Of a stretch of DNA of 64,000 nucleotides, positions 58,175 through 64,000 are shown piece by piece. A program made the translations under genes and the position numbers. Source of the DNA: an uncultured Chloroflexia bacterium (GTDB taxonomy: Bacteria; Chloroflexota; Anaerolineae; JAAYZQ01); contig CAVOXA010000014.1 of assembly GCA_963700285.1 (NCBI GenBank), forward strand, positions 160,001-224,000, written 5' to 3'. The number at the start of each line of letters is the position of its first letter. The stretch's first letter is position 1. The notes under the pieces were generated by a model. It did no database searches. It was not told where the DNA came from and was given only the letters and a program-made list of their open reading frames with translations.

Positions 58175-61100
58175 AACAATACCTTCACGTCCTGGCCCAG
58201 CACCCAGGCCTACGGACCTACGTCCATACTTCCGAGTTCGAGACCTCCACTATATCCGACTATCGGTCACCGGCCACGGTGGAGCAGCCGCTCTGTGCAC
58301 GATGTCCACTGTCCTCGGCAACCAGCAACTTGGGAAAAAAATTCCCTCCCTGACAACTTCACATGGGCAACGGGTTGTCTGTCACCACGTCTCATTGCTC
58401 ACGGAGCAGCGCGAAACCACACAGCTCGCACATTCCCACCAGCACACAGTAAAGCATCACGATGGTGCGCCCGCATCGGACAGGTACAAGGGAAGGCGAC
58501 GGGCGGGTGAACCTGTTCCGCATCACATTCGTCGTCCTCGGTGGTGCGGCCTCAAGGCAGGTGGACCTGCGCCGTCGTCTCCCGATGGACATCGGCAACT
58601 GGCCAGATCGACGACGACTTTGCGCGCTGGCCAAGCCGCTCGGCTTCGGCTTCTATCCTCTTCGTCGCCGACGCGGTGCTGCTGGTGGCTTCGCCGATCC
58701 AGCGCGCGCGCGAACGACTACAACCCGGAGATCGGCCAGCGAGCGATGCGCTACGCACCCGGTGGTGAAGCGGCTGTGCGTGCTGCTGGAGCTGCTCGAC
58801 AACTGGGCGTGTTTGCGCGTCCGGGCGTGCTGCGCTTTCTGGTGCTGGACGAGGTGCACACCTACACCGGCAAGCGCGGCGCCGACGTGGCGGCGCCTCA
58901 TCCGCCGGCTGAAGCAGCACACCAGCACCGACGGGAGCGCTGCGCTGCATCGCCACCAGCGCCACCGTCGAGAGCCAGCCGGCGGCGACCGGAAAGGCGA
59001 GGACGCGAGCCGCGCATCGCCGATTTTGCCACACCGCTCTTTGGCGAGCCATTCAGCCGGAGGACGTCGTCACCGAGCAGTACGCGCCCCTGCCCGACGA
59101 CCTGCCGCCCCTCACCCGCGCGCATCGCCGAGGCCCTGGCCGACGGCCCCAAGACCCTCCACCAACTGGCTCGCCGACCTGGACGCCACCCCCGACAGAT
59201 CCAGCAAGCCCTCTCCAATCTCCAAGCTGCCAAGTCTACCAGCCAGTCTCCCGTCCCCAAGCTCCACGCCTTCTTCTCCCAGGGCCGCGCCATCACCGCC
59301 TGCCTGGCCCCCGAGGGACCGCACCTCAACGACCGGGGCGAGATCACCTGCCCCGCCTGCGCGACGCGGGACGGGCGGGAGCGCCCGACCTTCCCCTGGT
59401 CTTTTGCCGCGCCTGCGGCCAGGAGTTCTGGAGCGTGGCCGTGGACGAGGCGGGCCGGCTGCACCCGGCCGAACTGGACGCGGTGGACGTGCCGGGCGGC
59501 TGGGCTACCTGCTTGCCGGCCAGCCCGACGATCGAGCTGCCGGAGCACTGGCTCGACGCCCACGGGCAAGGTGCGCGGCGGCACGCGGGGCTACACCGAC
59601 GTGTGCCGGAGCCGCACACCGTCTGTCCCGATCTGCGGCCGGCTGGACGGCGACTGCGATCACGCAGAAGCGATGCCGCGTGACCGTTCCTGCCGGCACC
59701 CTTTCTCTTCTGCCCCACCTGCGGCATCGTCCACGACCGGCGCTCGCGCGAGTACAACAAGCTCTTTACTCTTTGGCTCGGTGGGCCGCTCGACCGCCAC
59801 CGACGTGCTGGTCAGCGCCCAGGTGCAGGCCCTGCCCCGGGACGCGAACAAGGTGATCGCCTTTTCCGACAACCGGCAGGACACGGCGCTGCAGGCGGCG
59901 CACATGAACAGCCTGCACAACCGCTTCACCTTCCGGCGGACGCTGTACACGGCGCTGCGGGAGGGTAGAGCCACGTGGTGGGCGAGGCGGGCGCTGCGCA
60001 GCGCACGGGCGGCTGCTGTTCGAGGCCAGGCGCGGCACGGCGTGCTGCCCGAGTTTCGCACCAGCCAGCGCATCTTCGGCCGGGACGGCAGGCAGAGAGC
60101 GCGCTACCAGCAGGTACCTGGACTTTGTCATGCTCCTGTGGGAGCTGGGCGGCACCCACCGGCGCACGCACCAGAACCTGGAGGACGTGGGGCTGCTGGT
60201 CGTCGGCTATGACGGCCTGGACGCGTGGCCGCGGCGGACGACTACTGGGCCGACGTGCCGCACATGGCCGACCTGGATGCCGACGCGCGCTACGACGTCC
60301 TGCTGGGCTTGCTCGACCTGATGCGCAAGCGCGCCTGGGCCATGCGACCATCCTCGAGCCCTTCCGGCTTCCGGACGGACGTTCTGGACAAGTCAACGAG
60401 GAGGCACATCCACGACGAGCTGCCTTTCGCGGCCCCATCGGCTACAGCGACGACAGCGAGTACACAACTCTCGTAGGGCGCGGTGTACCGCTGACCGGCA
60501 CCAACACCCAGCCCGTGGTCTGGATCAAGCGCGCTTCGGGCGTTGGGCCTGGATTACCGGCACACGCCGACGCCGTGGTCCTTCCGCCGCGTGGCCAGAG
60601 CTGGGCGACCCCGGACGCCGAGTTCCTGGTCGGCACACACGTGCAGCGGCTACGGGCGAGCGCTACGACCTGTGGATGTCTACTCCTGCCGATGCTGTCG
60701 GCCCTGGGCCGACCCGGCAGCGGAGCAGTGGCGCTGTCCCAAGTGCGGCACGGTGCATCACTTCCGGCCCCTGCGGGTCTGCACCGGCTCCACCTGCCGC
60801 ACGACGCTGATGCGGCGAGGACCTGGCCGGGAACTATTTCCGGCAGGTCTATGCCACACCGCTGGGCGAGGCGGTGCCCGTCCAGGCCGAGGAGCACTCG
60901 GGCCAGGTGCCGCGGCCAGGAGCGGCGCGGAGATCGAGGTGCGCTTCCGCGAGGCCGAGGCTCCGCTCAACGTGCCTCATCTGCACGCCGACCATGGAGC
61001 TGGGCATCGACATCGGCCACCTGAACGCGGTCACTCTGCGCAACGTGCCGCCCAGCCCCTCCAATTACGCCCAGCGGGCCGGGCGCGCCGGGCGGAGCGG

Positions 61101-63172
61101 GCAGGCCTCGCTCATCACCGTCTTTGCCGGCGTCGGCGCGGCCCGCGGCCCGCACGACCAGTACTTCTATCGCTTTCCGGAAAAGATGATCGCCGGGGCC
61201 AATCGCCCGCCGCGCTTCCGCCTGGACAACCGGCCCTGATCCCGGCCCACATCCACGCCCTGGTGCTGGAGACGCTGGGGCTGACCGGGACGGAGCGGCT
61301 GCCGGGCCGGCCCATCGGAGCTGCTCGACCTGGAGAGGTGGGATCTTCCTCTCTATCCCGGCTGGGCAGCAGCCTACCGGGCGGGCATGGACCGCTACTT
61401 GGCCCGACATCGCCGACGCGGTGGGCGAGGCCTTTGGCCGCCGAGATGAGGCCGATATCGACTGGTTCGACGCGCCTTTGTGGACGAGGCGAGTGCGGAG
61501 CTTTGTGGATGCCCTGGACGGGCCATGGACCGCTGGCGGGCCGAGTACGAGCGGCTGGACGAGGAGCGGGAGGAAATGAACCGCCTCCTGGGACGCGAGG
61601 GGGCCGGCGACCGGCCCTGAACCGGCGGCGGATCGTGGTCGAGGGCAAGACGGCAGGCCATGCGCGAGGGGCAGAGGGACTGGTACCTGTACCGCTACCT
61701 GGGCGGCGAAGGGTTCCTGCCCGGCTATGCCTTCCCGCCGCAGGCGGCGAGTCCTGTCCTTCGACGAGCAGGAGGACGAGCTGGCCCGCGACCCGGCCAT
61801 CGCCCTGACCGAGTACGCGCCGGGCAATTTCGTCTACTACCGCGGCGCACGCTACGAGATCACCCACGGCCGGCCCCGCACCCGCGGCGAAAACCTGCTG
61901 GCCTTTGAGAAGGTGCTGATCTGTCCTGAGTGCGGCACGGCCTACCTGGGCGCAGGACGTCCAAGCGCGCTGCCTGTGCCTGCTGCGGCGGACTCGTTCA
62001 CAGGCGTACACCCCATCCAGCGCGCTCTGCAGATGCCCGACATGGTCGCCCACCGGCGCACGTCGCATCACCGCCGATGAGGAGGAGCGCATGCGCCGTG
62101 GGTACCTGGTCGAACCACACTACCAGATGGGAGACGATGTCCAAGCCTACCAAGTCTCGCACGGCGGCCAGGCCGCCTTCGAGTTGACCTACGAGCACAA
62201 CGGTCGCATTATCGTCGTCAATCAGGGCACACGACAGACCGAGCAGGACAACGAGCCGCCAGGCTTTACCTTCTGCCGGGCCTGCAACCGCTGGCTGGTG
62301 GGAAAGAATGCCATTGAGGAGCATTCCGGCGAGGGCGGCAAGTGTCCCCGGCACGCGCGAAGCGAGGACATTCTGGGCGGCATCTATTTGTTCACCGACT
62401 CCCGCAATGATGTAGTGACCCTGGTTTGTCCCCAGCCCGGCGACGTGCCTGACGCCGACGCTTTCTATACAACGCTGCTGCACACATTCAAGCAGGCGCT
62501 GCTCATCACCATGAACCTGGATGAGAGCGAAGTGGGCGGTTTCCTGGCGGCGGTGTCCGTTGGCGAGGAACGCCAGCGCCTCGTGCTATACGAAACAGCC
62601 GAGGGTGGCACCGGCGCCGTCGAGTCCCTGACCGATCCCCATCGTCTGCTGGCGGTCATCCGGAATGCTCAGGAACTCCTCCATGAGGACGAGCCGGAGC
62701 AGGGCTGCGAGAAGGCATGCTACGAATGCCTCTGCTCGTTCTACAACCAGCGAGACCACGGGCTGTTGGACCGCCATCTGGTGCTGCCCTTCTTGCGCTC
62801 GCTGGAACACGCTGACGGTTGAGGCCATACAGGCAACCATCGGCCCAACACTGGCCGAGCTGGAGGCTCAGTGCCAATCGGACCTGGAGCGGCAGGTGCT
62901 GCAGAGCCATCCACGATCGTGGCCTGCGCCTGCCAGATGCTGCGCAGAGAATCCTCTACGATGGAGATGAGCCGATTGCCATCGCGGACTTCTTCTACGA
63001 GCCCCGGATCGTGGTCTTTGTCGATGGCTCGCCGCATCACCAGGATTACGTCCAGGCTGCTGATGACTGGAAGCGGCGCCGGCTGGTGGCCAGAGGGTAC
63101 CGGATTGTGGTGGTGCGCGGGGAGGAGATGGAGGCTGGGTTGAGTGACCTGGCTTCGCGGCTGATGAGTTGA
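58175..63172 (+). CDS. Large DEAD/DEAH helicase with DUF1998 (MrfA-type Zn domain) and C-terminal DUF559/Vsr-like nuclease; heavily frameshifted, start approximate
   Basis: Corrupted Walker A near 58475. [101 protein letters not shown], then [18 protein letters not shown]. Confidence 0.85.
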
Positions 63173-63195
63173 CGCGTCAGGTGGACACTGCTTTC

Positions 63196-63230
63196 AGACC
63201 TCGGGGGTCCCAGGCAGACCCCCGAGGTCT
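63196..63230. repeat. REP-like hairpin (family of 19095/26976)
   Basis: Perfect 14-bp inverted repeat AGACCTCGGGGGTC / GACCCCCGAGGTCT just after the helicase stop. Confidence 0.7.
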
Positions 63231-63492
63231 TGGCGTGTTCAGCCGGGCGGGATGATGAGCCGGCGGGCGTCGTCGGGGGGTCCGGCCGTCCCTTGGCCGC
63301 GTGACCCCTGCCGACAGTTCTGTGGTATTCTCACTGCTCGCTTCGAGCTTGCTAGAAACCCGATTCTGTGTTAGACTTATGTCATGAACTGGAGCCTCCC
63401 TACGAGGAGGACAAAGCCCTGACAGGGCTTTTGCTGCAGGAGCAGACCCGTCAGGTCTCCATGCGCGCAGCAGAAAGGGAGGGGAAGGAACC

Positions 63493-64000
63493 ATGCATTG
63501 GCCAAGCTTACTGATCGGCATCGTTTTGGGCTGGATCATCGAATGGCTCATCGACTTTTTCTTTACCCGCAAGAGACGCCAGGATTGGGCCGACAAAGAA
63601 ACTGACATGGGGGTCCAACTCGCAAATGCCCTGGCTGAGAACAACACCCTGCGGGCGCAGCTCACCGCACAGCAGGAAGCGGAGAGCGTAGCGGCGGAGA
63701 TGGAGACCCGGGCGCCAGAAGCGGCCGGTTTGGCCGCAGCCGGTCTGGCCACGGCCGGCTTCGCCGCGGCGGCTTTGTCCGGCGAAGGTGCGGTCGTGAC
63801 CGGGGACGACCTGACCATCATCGAGGGGATCGGCAGCAGGACGGCCGGGTTGCTGAACCAGCAGGGCATCTATACCTTTGCCGAGCTGGCAGACACGGAC
63901 GTCGATCGCCTGCGGACGATGCTGGCGGAGGGAGGTCCTGCCTTCCGCCTGGCGGCGCCCGATACCTGGCCGCGTCAGGCGCGACTGGCGGCCAATCACG
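63493..64000 (+). CDS. Membrane-anchored helix-hairpin-helix domain protein, runs off the window end
   Basis: Read manually: MHWPSLLIGIVLGWIIEWLID (transmembrane), coiled coil, DDLTIIEGIG..LNQQGIYTFAELA..TWPRQARLA. Not in the ORF track because there is no stop codon in the window. Confidence 0.8.
   Translation, partial: MHWPSLLIGIVLGWIIEWLIDFFFTRKRRQDWADKETDMGVQLANALAENNTLRAQLTAQQEAESVAAEMETRAPEAAGLAAAGLATAGFAAAALSGEGAVVTGDDLTIIEGIGSRTAGLLNQQGIYTFAELADTDVDRLRTMLAEGGPAFRLAAPDTWPRQARLAANH

Noticed and set aside
63395-63475. c-di-GMP riboswitch
   Set aside because: It lacks the GGCAAAC/GNRA/GACGCAAAGC arrangement of the class I motif.

Overview
High-GC bacterial window, most likely Chloroflexota/Anaerolineae. 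This is inferred from a C-terminal FLPLLRR-type tail, a small YLLRLW-type protein beside a SARP-STAND regulator, and REP-like palindrome families. Many genes are broken by single-base indels that look like long-read consensus errors rather than true pseudogenisation. Layout: (1) 0.2-2.6 kb, housekeeping genes (DegV, DUF427, DUF1295). (2) 2.8-15.6 kb, a co-oriented cluster with two giant Zn-ribbon/class III nucleotidyl cyclase/STAND ATPase/TPR/OppA-like fusions. They bracket an OppA-OppB-OppC peptide permease that has no OppD/OppF ATPase, and the OppA carries an internal 372-bp duplication. (3) 15.9-32.3 kb, metabolic genes (nitroreductase, GNAT, formyltransferase, kynU, ATP-dependent ligase, DMT, DUF1177, extracellular nuclease, hydrolase, aldo-keto reductase) and a 48-bp hairpin tandem repeat showing a compensatory change. 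(4) tRNA-Asp, followed by an accessory-looking block (URO-D family, an AT-rich lipoprotein with a degenerate attC-like site, SARP-STAND regulator, two M81 peptidases around an AHL-lactonase-like gene). (5) 47.2-63.2 kb, a DISARM-like defence locus: SNF2 helicase, N6-adenine methyltransferase and a fused DEAH helicase-DUF1998-Vsr/DUF559-like nuclease, with no recognisable PLD gene. TA modules are interleaved and about 2.5 kb is unreadable. The two best novelty candidates are the cyclase-STAND-SBP/Opp cluster and the DISARM variant.
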